Of a stretch of 55,731 bases of DNA, positions 36,521-46,094 are shown piece after piece. The translations under genes and the position numbers were made by a program. Location of the stretch: positions 62,001-117,731 of the forward strand of contig JBDOIF010000006.1 in the NCBI GenBank assembly GCA_041082215.1. The letters are read 5' to 3'. Source of the stretch: Anaerolineae bacterium. Its GTDB lineage: Bacteria; Chloroflexota; Anaerolineae; B4-G1; DUEL01. Position 1 is the stretch's first letter. Each line of letters starts with the position of its first letter. The notes below the pieces were generated by a model. That model searched no databases and was not told the origin of the DNA. It was given only the letters and a program-made list of their open reading frames with translations.

Positions 36521-37426
36521 CTGACAGACCACCCGCCTATCTGCGATTATGAAGGCTCCCGCTACCGGACCGAGTTCTGGGGCGAGGGGCGGGAGTATGA
36601 GGATCGCGTCGAGCGGGCAGCGATGCGGGCGCTTCTTCCCCCCGCCGGCCGCCGCCTGGTAGAGATCGGCGCCGGGTTCGGCCGGCTGGCCGACCTCTAT
36701 GCTGGCTACGAGGAGGTGGTCCTCCTCGACTACGCCCGCTCCCAGCTCGAACAGGCCCGCGAGCGGCTGGGGGGAACCGGCCCTGGAGGACGCCCCCGCT
36801 ACCGCTACGTGCAGGGCGACTTCTACCGCCTCCCCTTCGTCCCCGGCCTCTTCGACACCGTCGTGATGGTCCGCACCCTCCACCACGCCGCCGACGCCCC
36901 CGCCGCCCTCCGTTCCATCTCCTGCGTCCTGGCCCCCGGCGGCGCCTTCGTCCTGGAGTTTGCCAACAAGCGGAACCTCAAGGCCATCCTCCGCTACCTC
37001 GTCCATCGCCAGTCCTGGTCCCCCTTCGACCCCCGGCCGGTGGAGTTTGCGGAGCTGAACTTCGACTTTCACCCCGTCTGGATCCGCCGCCGCCTGAAGG
37101 AGATAGGGCTGCGGGTCGAGCGGGCGCGGACCGTCTCCCACTTCCGCGTCGGCTTCCTCAAGCAGGCAGTGCCCACCGACCTGCTGGTGGCGCTGGATCG
37201 GCTCCTTCAGCCGACGGGGGCGCTGTGGCAGTTGACCCCCAGCGTCTTTCTCCGTGCCGTCGCCCCGGCCGACAGGCCGCCCGCGCCGCCGGGCACCTTC
37301 TTTCGTTGCACCGTCTGCGGCTCGACGATGCTGGTGGACGAGGGGGATCGGCTGAGCTGCACCGATTGCGGGGCCTGTTTCCCCTGCCGGGAAGGGATCT
37401 ACAATTTCCGTGGGGAGGAACGATGA
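36521..37426 (+). CDS. Class I SAM-dependent methyltransferase with C-terminal Zn-ribbon/Trm112-like domain; probable CTG start
   Basis: VEIGAGFGR, LLDYA, QGDFYRLPF, LAPGG; CTVC...CTDC...EGIYNF. The frame is open back to a CTG at 36521, 5 nt after AGGAGGT. Confidence 0.82.
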   Translation: MTDHPPICDYEGSRYRTEFWGEGREYEDRVERAAMRALLPPAGRRLVEIGAGFGRLADLYAGYEEVVLLDYARSQLEQARERLGGTGPGGRPRYRYVQGDFYRLPFVPGLFDTVVMVRTLHHAADAPAALRSISCVLAPGGAFVLEFANKRNLKAILRYLVHRQSWSPFDPRPVEFAELNFDFHPVWIRRRLKEIGLRVERARTVSHFRVGFLKQAVPTDLLVALDRLLQPTGALWQLTPSVFLRAVAPADRPPAPPGTFFRCTVCGSTMLVDEGDRLSCTDCGACFPCREGIYNFRGEER

Positions 37427-37845
37427 GCCAGCGGGAGCCGTTCTTCGCCGGGCTGATCTACAACGAAGAAGGGGAACCGGTCCGTGCAACCCGGGTGGGC
37501 AGCGAGCCCTTCTACGCCATCCCCGACGGAGGTTTCCTGCGCCACGTCGAGGCAGTGGAGGTGGATCGGCAGGTACTGACCCATCTCAAAGAGCGACTCC
37601 TGGCGATGAAGGACGTGGTGGTGGAAGGGGTGATGCAGATGATGGGAAGCGACGACCCTTTCACCCGGGCGGCGATCGAGATGAGCCTGGAGAAGATGGA
37701 CCAGATCGCAGAACTGCCGGCCCAGCCCCCCAACATGGAGGACCTGCGGCTCTGGCTGTGGATGACCGGGTTCAAGGTGGTGGTCAACGTGCATGGGGAG
37801 GTGGTGCGGGTGGAGCTGCCGGGGCTTGGGCCGGAGAGCGAGTGA
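37423..37845 (+). CDS. Conserved hypothetical protein
   Basis: ATGA overlap with upstream gene, RBS GGAGG, typical codon usage. Confidence 0.7.
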   Translation: MSQREPFFAGLIYNEEGEPVRATRVGSEPFYAIPDGGFLRHVEAVEVDRQVLTHLKERLLAMKDVVVEGVMQMMGSDDPFTRAAIEMSLEKMDQIAELPAQPPNMEDLRLWLWMTGFKVVVNVHGEVVRVELPGLGPESE

Positions 37846-37873
37846 GACACCTTTGTTCTGTCAGGAGAGGTGT

Positions 37874-38689
37874 ATGGGGGGATTGACTCTGATGGCCGTA
37901 TTCGCCCATCCCGACGATGAGGCCTTCGGCATGGGGGGGACGCTGGCCCGGTACGCTGCCGAAGGGTGCGACGTCTATCTGGTGACGGCCACCCGTGGCG
38001 AGGCGGGGAAGATCGCCACGCCTGGCCTTGCCACCGCCGCTGACCTGCCGAGAGTGCGGGAGGAGGAGCTGCGTTGCGCCTGCCGGGCCTACGGCATCCA
38101 TCCGCCCCTGTTCCTGGATTACGTGGACGGGCAGTTGACAACGGTCCACCAGGGGCAGGCGGTGGGGAAGCTGGTGCGTATCCTGCGGGAGATCCGTCCC
38201 CATGTGGTGGTCACCTTCGGGCCAGATGGGGTCTACGGCCACTACGACCACATCGCCGTCCACCGCTGGACCACCATTGCTGTGGACCTGGCCGCCGATG
38301 CGGATTGTTTCCCCGAACAGGTGAGTGGGAGCTGCCGTCCCCATCGGGTCAGCAAGCTCTACTATGGGGCTTTGCCGGAAGAGCAGGTGGCCGCCATGTC
38401 CCAGGGGGGGAAGCCAGCGGCGGTGATGATGGACGGGGTCCCATTCTATTTTGTGGGGCGGAAGCGGGAGGAGATCACCACTGTCATTGACGTGAGCGCC
38501 TATGCAGAGGTGAAGCTCGAGGGCATCCGCTGCCACGCCACCCAGATTGACCCTCACAGTCCTTTCATCGAACAGGCCGAGGCGGTGATTCAGCTACCCT
38601 GGTTCCGGTACGAGCACTTTGTCCTGGCCCGCTCCACGGCTGGCTGGCCGGAAGGGGTGGAGACGGACCTCTTCGCCGGGCTGAGGTGA
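37874..38689 (+). CDS. PIG-L family deacetylase (MshB/BshB-like)
   Basis: AHPDDE, TRGEAG, REEEL, GVYGHYDH, CHATQ. Confidence 0.9.
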   Translation: MGGLTLMAVFAHPDDEAFGMGGTLARYAAEGCDVYLVTATRGEAGKIATPGLATAADLPRVREEELRCACRAYGIHPPLFLDYVDGQLTTVHQGQAVGKLVRILREIRPHVVVTFGPDGVYGHYDHIAVHRWTTIAVDLAADADCFPEQVSGSCRPHRVSKLYYGALPEEQVAAMSQGGKPAAVMMDGVPFYFVGRKREEITTVIDVSAYAEVKLEGIRCHATQIDPHSPFIEQAEAVIQLPWFRYEHFVLARSTAGWPEGVETDLFAGLR

Positions 38690-38695
38690 TCCCCT

Positions 38696-38752
38696 GACGG
38701 GATGCGGAGACACGGGGACGCGGCGATTTCCCCGCCTCCGCGTCCCCGCGTC
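38696..38752. repeat. REP-like inverted repeat between convergent genes
   Basis: 9-nt-period units (gatgcggag/acacgggga/cgcggcga) paired with cctccgcgtccccgcgtc. Confidence 0.6.
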
Positions 38753-38754
38753 TT

Positions 38755-40122
38755 TTAGAAAGTGGTCGTGCCGGTGAAGTGAAAGGCGGAAAGCTTCAGC
38801 GCCGGAGCGCGCGTCATAAAGAGGCCCGAACGCTCGCAGCGAAGCTCCTGCCCCACCATTTCCGCCCCTCTCAGCGCCTCCACGTAGCTCTGGGTGAAAC
38901 GGAGGTTCCGCACCGGCGTCGTGACCTCCCCATTTTCAATGAGAAAGGTCCCATCCCGTGTCATACCGGTCACGACCGCCTCGCGGGGATGGACGACTCG
39001 GGTGTAATGGAAGCGGGTAATGTACAGCCCGCGCTGGGTGGACGCAATCATCTCCTCCAGCGTGTGCTCGCCAGCCCCCATCACGGGGTGCAGGGGGAGC
39101 GGCCCCATCATTCCGGCGCTCAGCCAGGGAGAGAAGGGGTTGACCGCCGGCATCGCGTGGCCGGTGACGGGCGCGTTTCCCTTTTTTGCCCACCGCCGGT
39201 CGTAGACCGCATCCCCCACGATTCCCTCACGGATGATCTCCACCCGCCGACGGGGCACTCCCTCGAAGTCAAAAGGGAGCGGCCAGCCGGCAGGGTCCCG
39301 CCCGTCGTCCCAGATGGAGATCAGGGGGGATACCAGCAGCTCCCCCTGCCGGTCGCTCATCCAGCTTCTCCCCTCCATCACCTGCATGCCCCCCGCCATC
39401 TGGCTCAGGAACGAGACGATGTCCATCACCGCGTAGGGTTCCAGCACTACCGGATAGACTCCCGGCTCCAGGGGCCGGGGGTCGCGGCCTCGCAGCGCCC
39501 GCTGGATCGCCTCCCGGCCCAGCTCCGCCACATTCACCTCTTCCACCTTCCATGAAGCTCCGGCGGCATAGCCAGCGCTGCTATCGGTCATCACCACCGT
39601 GGTCAGGTCGGCGCCGGTGGTGGGATGGTAGACGAACAGGCCATGGCTGTTGGCCACAGCGAATTCGTAGAGGCCGGTGCTGAAAGCCCCGGAGGCGTTG
39701 ACCCCCGCTTCCTCGGCCTGGCGGCAGATCTCGCCCACATCCCGCGCCCGGTCGGCGGGCGTGTAGGCGGCAGTCCGTTCGTCGAAGGCCGCCACCGGCT
39801 CCACGTCGGTCGGCTCCGGCAGGCCGGGGTAGTCCGGGTCTTCCGGCGCAGGCTCGGCCCGGCAGGCGGCCACCGCCGCTTCCGCCACCCGCTCCAGCCC
39901 CTCGGTCCTCAGGTCGTTGGTCGTCGCCACACCAACGGATCGGCCCACCGCAGCCCGAACGACGATCACCGCGTCACTCTCCGCCACATTCTGATGGATG
40001 ACGTTGTTGGCAAATCGGGTCAGCCGCTCTTCCAGTCCGAAAAAGACCACTTCCGTCTCTTCTGCCCTGGAGGCAGCGAACACCCGGTGTACGATCTCAC
40101 GTATGGCTGTTTCACCGATCAT
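38755..40122 (-). CDS. TldE/PmbA family protein
   Basis: TRFANNVIHQN, YPVVLEP, PFDFEGVP, TGMTRDGTFLIENG, NLRFT. Confidence 0.9.
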   Translation of the reverse strand: MIGETAIREIVHRVFAASRAEETEVVFFGLEERLTRFANNVIHQNVAESDAVIVVRAAVGRSVGVATTNDLRTEGLERVAEAAVAACRAEPAPEDPDYPGLPEPTDVEPVAAFDERTAAYTPADRARDVGEICRQAEEAGVNASGAFSTGLYEFAVANSHGLFVYHPTTGADLTTVVMTDSSAGYAAGASWKVEEVNVAELGREAIQRALRGRDPRPLEPGVYPVVLEPYAVMDIVSFLSQMAGGMQVMEGRSWMSDRQGELLVSPLISIWDDGRDPAGWPLPFDFEGVPRRRVEIIREGIVGDAVYDRRWAKKGNAPVTGHAMPAVNPFSPWLSAGMMGPLPLHPVMGAGEHTLEEMIASTQRGLYITRFHYTRVVHPREAVVTGMTRDGTFLIENGEVTTPVRNLRFTQSYVEALRGAEMVGQELRCERSGLFMTRAPALKLSAFHFTGTTTF

Positions 40123-40160
40123 CTCTCTCCCCCAAGGAGTACGGAATACGCTATCGCGTA

Positions 40161-41636
40161 TTACGTATTGCGTATCACCCCCACCTGCACATCCCTGAAC
40201 CGGGCCGGGGCAGCGCCGTGGCCGGTGTGGGCGATCTGGCCGGGCTGCCCCTTGCCGCAGTTGGGGGTTCCCCACACCCGCCAGTGGCTGGCATCGCAAA
40301 TGGCGTCGCAGGAACCCCAGAACTGGGGAGTGATGCCTGTGTAAAGAGCGTTCTTGAGGAGGCGGACCATCCGACCGCCCCTGATCTCGTAGGCGATCTC
40401 CGTGCCGAACTGGAAGTTGAGCCGCCTGTCGTCAATAGACCAGGAGCGGTTGGTTTCCATGTAGATACCCTCTTGAGTGTCGGCGACCAGATCATCGAAG
40501 CTCCATTCCCCTGGCTCCAGGTTGATGTTGGTCATCCGGACCAGGGGGATGCGGTCCCAGCCGGAGGCCCGCATCGCCCCGCCGGAGTGGGCGGCGGCCG
40601 GGTCCTCCCCCCGCAGCCTGGCCAACCGGACCGCCGTCTCGCGGGAGGAGAGATAGCCGACGAAGATCCCTTCCCGGACCAGGGGGACCCGCTGGGCAGG
40701 CACCCCCTCATCGTCGTAGCCGAAGGTGCCCAGGCCGCCAGGGATGGTGGCGTCGGCGGTGAGGTTGACGATGGGTGAACCGTAGCGGAAGGTGCCGAGC
40801 TTTTCGGGGGTGAGGAAGCTGGTCCCCGCGTAGGCCGCCTCGCTGCCGAACACCCGGTCCAGCTCCGTGGGATGGCCGCAGGATTCGTGGACCTGAAGGG
40901 CGAGCTGGGTGGAGCCGAGGATGAGGGTGGTCACCCTGCAGGGGCAGGGGTCGGCAGTCAGCAGGGCCACCGCCTCACTGGCCACCCGCTCCGCGTTCCC
41001 CGGCAGGTCCATCTCCTCCACCACCTCCCACCCGCCGGTCCGCTGGTCGCGGGCGAAGGAGTTGGGGTAGGACCGCTGCTGGATCTCCCCGTCCCCCACG
41101 GCATAGGCCACAATCCCCCCACCCGTCTCCATCAGCTCCTGCTCTATGAAGGAGCCTTCGGTGCTGGCGAAGGTCTTTCTCTCCAACCAGGAGACGACAG
41201 AGCCCTGGGCAACCCGTACCCCCTTCACCCGTCGCATCCCCTCATCGGCGGCCATGAGGAGGGCCAGCTTCGTCTCCAGCGGGACGGCAAAGGGGTCCAT
41301 CCGGAAGGGGGTGCGGTAAGTGGCGACGTGGACCTCGGGCGGGCCGATGTCCACCGGCTCCTTCCCCACGGTGCTGCTGGCGCGGGCGATCTCGACCGCC
41401 TCGGCGGCCACTCGCTCCACCTCCTGTCGGGTGAGACGGGAGCTGGCGGCGAAGCCCCAGGCCCCGCTGGCAATGACCCGCACGCCGAAGCCGAGGGTCT
41501 CGCTCTCGGCCAGGCCGGTGACCGCGCCGTTACGGACCGCCACGTTTTGGGTGCGGCGGTGGACGATGCGGATATCGGCATAGGTGGCGCCACGGGCACG
41601 GGCTGTATCGAGGGCCAGGTCGGTCAGGTCCTTCAA
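40161..41636 (-). CDS. tldD: TldD family metalloprotease
   Basis: GATYADIR, HESCGHPTE (HExxxH), YDDEG, RMTN, CGKGQP. TTG start after AAGGAGGT. Confidence 0.92.
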   Translation of the reverse strand: MKDLTDLALDTARARGATYADIRIVHRRTQNVAVRNGAVTGLAESETLGFGVRVIASGAWGFAASSRLTRQEVERVAAEAVEIARASSTVGKEPVDIGPPEVHVATYRTPFRMDPFAVPLETKLALLMAADEGMRRVKGVRVAQGSVVSWLERKTFASTEGSFIEQELMETGGGIVAYAVGDGEIQQRSYPNSFARDQRTGGWEVVEEMDLPGNAERVASEAVALLTADPCPCRVTTLILGSTQLALQVHESCGHPTELDRVFGSEAAYAGTSFLTPEKLGTFRYGSPIVNLTADATIPGGLGTFGYDDEGVPAQRVPLVREGIFVGYLSSRETAVRLARLRGEDPAAAHSGGAMRASGWDRIPLVRMTNINLEPGEWSFDDLVADTQEGIYMETNRSWSIDDRRLNFQFGTEIAYEIRGGRMVRLLKNALYTGITPQFWGSCDAICDASHWRVWGTPNCGKGQPGQIAHTGHGAAPARFRDVQVGVIRNT

Positions 41637-41726
41637 GGTACACCTCCTTCGGAAAAAGAGGATCATCTCCACCTGTTCTCGATAAGTATATCCGATTTGG
41701 AGGAAAAGTCTAAGGGGGCCAGAAGC

Positions 41727-41918
41727 AGGTGTATTTCAGTTTGGGGGCGAGATGCCCCTGGCCCGGGCCGGACCTGGGGAAACACGAATGGCGCGAATGG
41801 AAACGAATACCGCAAGTGGTGCAGGTATCCCTCCTGTTCGCTGTATTCTGGCCATTTGTGGGATTCGCGATCCACCGACGAGCCAGAGGACCACTCGCCT
41901 CGAAATTGAAATACGCCC
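41727..41918 (+). mobile_element. 192-bp MITE-like element, copy 3
   Basis: Same length and TIRs as copy 2 (right end CTCGCCTCGAAATTGAAATACGCCC). Flanks GCCAGAAGC / GCCAGCCGA match only partly. Confidence 0.85.
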
Positions 41919-42025
41919 GCCAGCCGAAAACGCTTTACCCCCGATTCCCGCGCTTGCGCTTCTCGATGATTGGGGTAACATTCTCTAGCAGGTTGTAAAG
42001 GCTCACTGCAGAGGCGCGGGGTTAA

Positions 42026-43246
42026 GTGGACATCCTTTTTCTCACCCCTCAACTACCCTATCCTCCTCATCAGGGGACAGCTTTACGCAACTGGGGGCTT
42101 GTCGCCCATCTATCCAACCATCATCGGATCCACCTCCTTTCCTTTCTCGGCCCCGGACAGTCCCCTCAGCCCGCGCCGCCCCTCGCTGCCGCGTGCATCC
42201 GCGTCGAGGCCGTCCCCCAGCCCCTGCGCCCTCTCTCCCGTCGCCTGCGGGACCTGCTCCTGACCCGCCAGCCCGATATGGCCATGCGGTTACATAGCCC
42301 GGCCTTCCGCCAGCGCCTGGCCGCCTGGCTGGAACGGGCCTCCTTCGATATCGTCCACATCGAGGGGATCGAGATGGCTCCCTACCTGGACATGCTGGAA
42401 CAGGCCCGGCCCCGCCCCTTTATCCTGTTCGATGACCACAACTGCGAGTATCTCCTGCAGAAGCGGGCCTTCCTGACCGATCTGGCCCATCCCCTTCGGT
42501 GGCACGGCGCGGCCTACTCGCTTGTTCAGTGGCGGCGGTTGTGCCGATACGAGGCCCAGGTCTGCCGCCGCGCCGATCACGTCCTGGCCGTCTCCGAGGC
42601 CGATGCCGCTGCCCTCCAGACGCTGGTCCCCGGGCTGGCCCCGACCATCCTTCCCAACGGTATAGATGTCTCCATCTATCACCCTGACCTTCCCCCGGCC
42701 CCCGGCATGGGCGAGGCGGCGCTGGTCTTCACCGGCACGATGGACTTCCGCCCCAACGTAGACGCGGTGATCTGGTTTGCCCGGCAGGTCCTTCCCCGCA
42801 TCCGGCAGGTGGTGCCTGAGGCCCACTTCTGGGTAGTCGGGCAGCGGCCCCACAGGCGGCTCGATCCGCTGCGGGGGGAGCCAGCGGTCACGCTCACCGG
42901 ATGGGTGAAAGACGTGCAGCCCTACATCGCCGGGGCAGCGGTCTACGTGGTCCCGCTCAGGGTTGGGGGAGGCACGCGGCTGAAAATCCTGGAGGCGATG
43001 GCGATGGAGCGGGCGATCGTCGCTACCCGGCTGGGAGCGGAGGGGTTCCCGGTCACCCACGGCCGGGAGCTTCTCCTGGCCGACAACCCTGACGGCTTCG
43101 CCCAGGCTGTTGTCTCCCTGCTCAGGGACCCGGCCCGCCGGGCTGAGCTGGGCCGGGCCGCCCGCGCCTTCGTCCAAACCCACTACGACTGGTCGGTCCT
43201 GATCCCCCGCCTGGAAGCCATCTACCCTCATCACGTACAGACATAG
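42026..43246 (+). CDS. Glycosyltransferase family 4 (GT-B)
   Basis: PYPPHQG, DDHNCE, PNGID, FTGTMDFRPNVDA, GGGTRLKILEAMA. Confidence 0.92.
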   Translation: MDILFLTPQLPYPPHQGTALRNWGLVAHLSNHHRIHLLSFLGPGQSPQPAPPLAAACIRVEAVPQPLRPLSRRLRDLLLTRQPDMAMRLHSPAFRQRLAAWLERASFDIVHIEGIEMAPYLDMLEQARPRPFILFDDHNCEYLLQKRAFLTDLAHPLRWHGAAYSLVQWRRLCRYEAQVCRRADHVLAVSEADAAALQTLVPGLAPTILPNGIDVSIYHPDLPPAPGMGEAALVFTGTMDFRPNVDAVIWFARQVLPRIRQVVPEAHFWVVGQRPHRRLDPLRGEPAVTLTGWVKDVQPYIAGAAVYVVPLRVGGGTRLKILEAMAMERAIVATRLGAEGFPVTHGRELLLADNPDGFAQAVVSLLRDPARRAELGRAARAFVQTHYDWSVLIPRLEAIYPHHVQT

Positions 43247-43394
43247 GGACGCAGGACAAACTTTTGCATCTTTCCAAATTGATCCGACAAAGGCCAAAGC
43301 CGCCGGGCGATTCTTTCAACGGGAGGGGGCAGGGGGAGAGGTGAGGGCTGTCCGGCTATTGGCATTTATCAAGCTGCAATAGCTTGTCCTACAT

Positions 43395-43423
43395 TTGACA
43401 ATTTCGCTCAAATAGATTATACT
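43395..43423 (+). promoter_or_regulatory. sigma70 promoter of rubredoxin operon
   Basis: TTGACA 43395-43400, 17 nt, TATACT 43418-43423. Confidence 0.75.
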
Positions 43424-43489
43424 TATTGCCGTTTATGCGCTCTGCCCTTCGAAAGAAAAAGCCCCAGATTGAAATAAGGAGGTAGAACG

Positions 43490-43651
43490 ATGGACAAGTG
43501 GGAGTGCATGGTCTGCGGCTACATTTATGACCCGGCGGTGGGAGACCCGGACCGAGGGATCCCGGCCGGGACCCCCTTCGAAGACCTGCCCGACGACTGG
43601 GTCTGCCCCGACTGTGGCGCCGATAAGGATATGTTCGAGAGGGTCGGGTAA
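43490..43651 (+). CDS. Rubredoxin (53 aa; not in ORF track)
   Basis: [64 protein letters not shown]. Confidence 0.96.
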   Translation: MDKWECMVCGYIYDPAVGDPDRGIPAGTPFEDLPDDWVCPDCGADKDMFERVG

Positions 43652-43657
43652 CCCGAT

Positions 43658-44869
43658 ATGGCCCGTTATATCATTGCAGGTAACGGCGTCGCCGGCGTGA
43701 CGGCCGCCCAGGCCATCCGCAGGGCCGACCCCGAAGCCGACCTCCATATCTACAGCGCCGAGCCCTATTTCTACTACCGTCGTCCTCAGCTTCCGGCCTA
43801 TATGGCCGGAGAGATAGAGGAAGCGGAGCTGTATTACCGCCCCCCTGAGTGGTACAGAGAGCAGGGCATCCACGTTCATCTGAATAACCCGGTGGTGGAG
43901 CTATCCCCCCCGACCCATCAGGTGCGGCTGGGGGATGGCTCCACCTCCCACTACGACCGGCTCCTTCTGGCGACCGGCGGGTGGGCCTGGACGCCGCCCA
44001 TCGAAGGGACCGACCGGCGGGGTTTTTTCACCCTCCGCACACTCGACGATGCCCGCGCCATCCGGGCCTTCGCCACCTCTGTCCGTCGGGCGGTGGTGAT
44101 CGGCGGGGGGCTGCTGGGGCTGGAAGCCGCCCGGGCGCTGGGGGCGCTGGGGCTGGAGGTCACCGTCCTGGAGTTCGCCCCCCACCTGATGCCCCGCCAG
44201 CTCGACCGGGAAGGTGCGGCCGTGCTGGACCAGATCCTCCGACGGGCAGGCATCCACATCCTCACCGGCGTCGTCACCGAGGCAGTCCTGGGCGACGGGG
44301 CGGTTTCCGGCGTTCGGCTCAAGGACGGGCGGGAGGTCCCAGCCGAGCTGGTCCTCTGCTCGACGGGCATACGCTCCGAGACGACGCTGGCTCGCCAGGC
44401 GGGGCTGACGGTCCAGCGCGGCGTGGTGGTGGACGAGCACCTGGAGACCAGCGCTGAGGACATCTACGCTGCGGGAGATGTGGCAGAGGCCGGCGGAGTG
44501 GTCTACGGCATCGTCCCTGCTGCTATCGAGCAGGCCCGCGTGGCGGCGGCCAACATGGTCAAACCGGGCAGCGCCACCTACCACGGCACCCTCACTGCCA
44601 CCACCCTCAAGGTGGTCGGCGCGGAGCTGACCTCCCTGGGGGAGTGCGTGGTGGAAGATGAAGGCCTCCTCCAGTTGCGCCGCGCCGACGTCGAGGCGGG
44701 CCGCTATCGCAAGCTGGCCATACGGGAAGGCCGGATCGTCGGGGCGATCCTGCTCAACGACCGGGAGCGGACCCTCCCCATCCGTCGGTTGATCGAACAG
44801 GGCACGGACGTTTCGGCCTGGGTGGACCGGCTGCTGGACGACGACTTCGACCTGGCAACGCTGGGATAA
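43658..44869 (+). CDS. NAD(P)H:rubredoxin oxidoreductase-like FAD-dependent oxidoreductase
   Basis: GNGVAG, YDRLLLATG, GGGLLGLE, IYAAGDVAE; adjacent to rubredoxin. Confidence 0.88.
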   Translation: MARYIIAGNGVAGVTAAQAIRRADPEADLHIYSAEPYFYYRRPQLPAYMAGEIEEAELYYRPPEWYREQGIHVHLNNPVVELSPPTHQVRLGDGSTSHYDRLLLATGGWAWTPPIEGTDRRGFFTLRTLDDARAIRAFATSVRRAVVIGGGLLGLEAARALGALGLEVTVLEFAPHLMPRQLDREGAAVLDQILRRAGIHILTGVVTEAVLGDGAVSGVRLKDGREVPAELVLCSTGIRSETTLARQAGLTVQRGVVVDEHLETSAEDIYAAGDVAEAGGVVYGIVPAAIEQARVAAANMVKPGSATYHGTLTATTLKVVGAELTSLGECVVEDEGLLQLRRADVEAGRYRKLAIREGRIVGAILLNDRERTLPIRRLIEQGTDVSAWVDRLLDDDFDLATLG

Positions 44870-44880
44870 GAGGTGAGAAG

Positions 44881-45384
44881 ATGGGGGAACGGACGGAGCG
44901 CAACCTCTACGAGGCCTTCGTCGGCGAGGCCAAGGCCCACCGGCGGCTCCTGGCCTTCGCCCGCAAGGCGGATGAGGAGGGGTATCCGGACGTGGCCCGA
45001 CTCTTTCGGGCCGTCGCCTATGCCGAGGGGATCCACGCCGACATGGCCCTCCGTCTCCTGGGCGAGGCGGTGGTGAAGGGTACCGAGGAGAACCTCCAGT
45101 CTTCCTTCGAGCGCGAAACCACCGTCAGTCGGGTTGCTTATAACCAGTTCATCCGTGAGGCGGAGGAGGAAGGGGACCGGCGGGCCGCCCTCGTTTTCAG
45201 CCGGGCGCGGGACGTGGAAGAGGCCCACGCCGCCCTCTACAAACGGGCGCTGAGCTGCCTCCTCCGGGAAGAGCCCTGCACCTACTACGTCTGCGATGTC
45301 TGTGGCTACGTTGCCGAAGGGGAGTTGCCCGACGAGTGTCCCGTCTGTGGGGCAAAGCGGGAGAAGTTCGTGCGGATTGATTGA
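44881..45384 (+). CDS. Rubrerythrin
   Basis: AFVGE...AE.IHA...E...EEAH diiron motifs; C-terminal CDVCG...CPVCG. Confidence 0.92.
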   Translation: MGERTERNLYEAFVGEAKAHRRLLAFARKADEEGYPDVARLFRAVAYAEGIHADMALRLLGEAVVKGTEENLQSSFERETTVSRVAYNQFIREAEEEGDRRAALVFSRARDVEEAHAALYKRALSCLLREEPCTYYVCDVCGYVAEGELPDECPVCGAKREKFVRID

Positions 45385-45406
45385 CAATCCGGAAGGAGGG
45401 ATTCAG

Positions 45407-45895
45407 ATGGCCGTCTTTACCGCTGCCGAAGCGCTGAACATGGCCCTGCAGATCGAACGAAACGGTGAGGTCTTCTACAGGACTGCAGCCCGCAGGATCG
45501 GAGAGGCCGGGGTTCAGGCAGTGCTGGAGGACCTGGCCGTGCAGGAGCAGCGGCACTACAAAGCGTTCCAGAAGCTGGCCGACCGGGTGGGGGAACCGCC
45601 CTCGCTATCGGCCCCGGAATGGGAGGAATACGACACCTACGTGCAGACCGCGCTGGAGAACGCCCTTTTCGCCGGTCCCGACAAGGCGCTGGCAGTGGCC
45701 GAGGGGCTGCAGAGCGCCGAAGAGGCTCTGCGGATGGCCCTGGGCTTTGAGAAAGATACGCTCCTGTTCTTCTACGACCTGCGGGAGATGATGGCCGAGG
45801 CGGAACGGGGGGTTGTGGATGAGATCATCCGTGAGGAGAAAGCCCACGTCCGACGGATCGTGTCCCTCCTCCGTCCCCAGGTGGCCTATTCCTAA
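45407..45895 (+). CDS. Ferritin-like/rubrerythrin-family diiron protein
   Basis: ALQIERNGEVFY, QEQRH, ALGFEKDTLLFFY, EEKAH. Confidence 0.88.
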   Translation: MAVFTAAEALNMALQIERNGEVFYRTAARRIGEAGVQAVLEDLAVQEQRHYKAFQKLADRVGEPPSLSAPEWEEYDTYVQTALENALFAGPDKALAVAEGLQSAEEALRMALGFEKDTLLFFYDLREMMAEAERGVVDEIIREEKAHVRRIVSLLRPQVAYS

Positions 45896-45898
45896 CGC

Positions 45899-46091
45899 TG
45901 CAGGACAAATTGTAGGGCAAGCTTTCAGCTTGCCCTACAGTGAAGAAATGCGTGGCCTGCCGGAGAAGGTACGCGTGCGGGCAAACTGTAGGGCAAGCTT
46001 TCAGCTTGCCCTACAGAGAACGCCCCCGCCGCGCTGTAGAACAAGCTTCAGCCTGTCCTCCGTGCAGGGCAGGCTGAAAGCTTGTCCTGCA
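45899..46091. repeat. Cluster of GTAG-type REP palindromes
   Basis: TGTAGGGCAAGCT-TTC-AGCTTGCCCTACA at 45911-45939 and 45987-46015; degenerate copies at 46035-46059 and 46063-46091. Confidence 0.85.
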
Positions 46092-46094
46092 GGG

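Noticed and set aside
41718..41927. 9-bp target duplication around MITE copy 3
   Set aside because: Only the first 5 of 9 bases match (GCCAGAAGC vs GCCAGCCGA); suggestive of decay but not counted as evidence.
45911..46091. Possible mini CRISPR array (two identical 29-bp repeats plus degenerate ones)
   Set aside because: Spacing is irregular (47, 19 and 3 nt), the repeats are near-perfect palindromes dispersed elsewhere in the window, and there are no cas genes; REP fits better.
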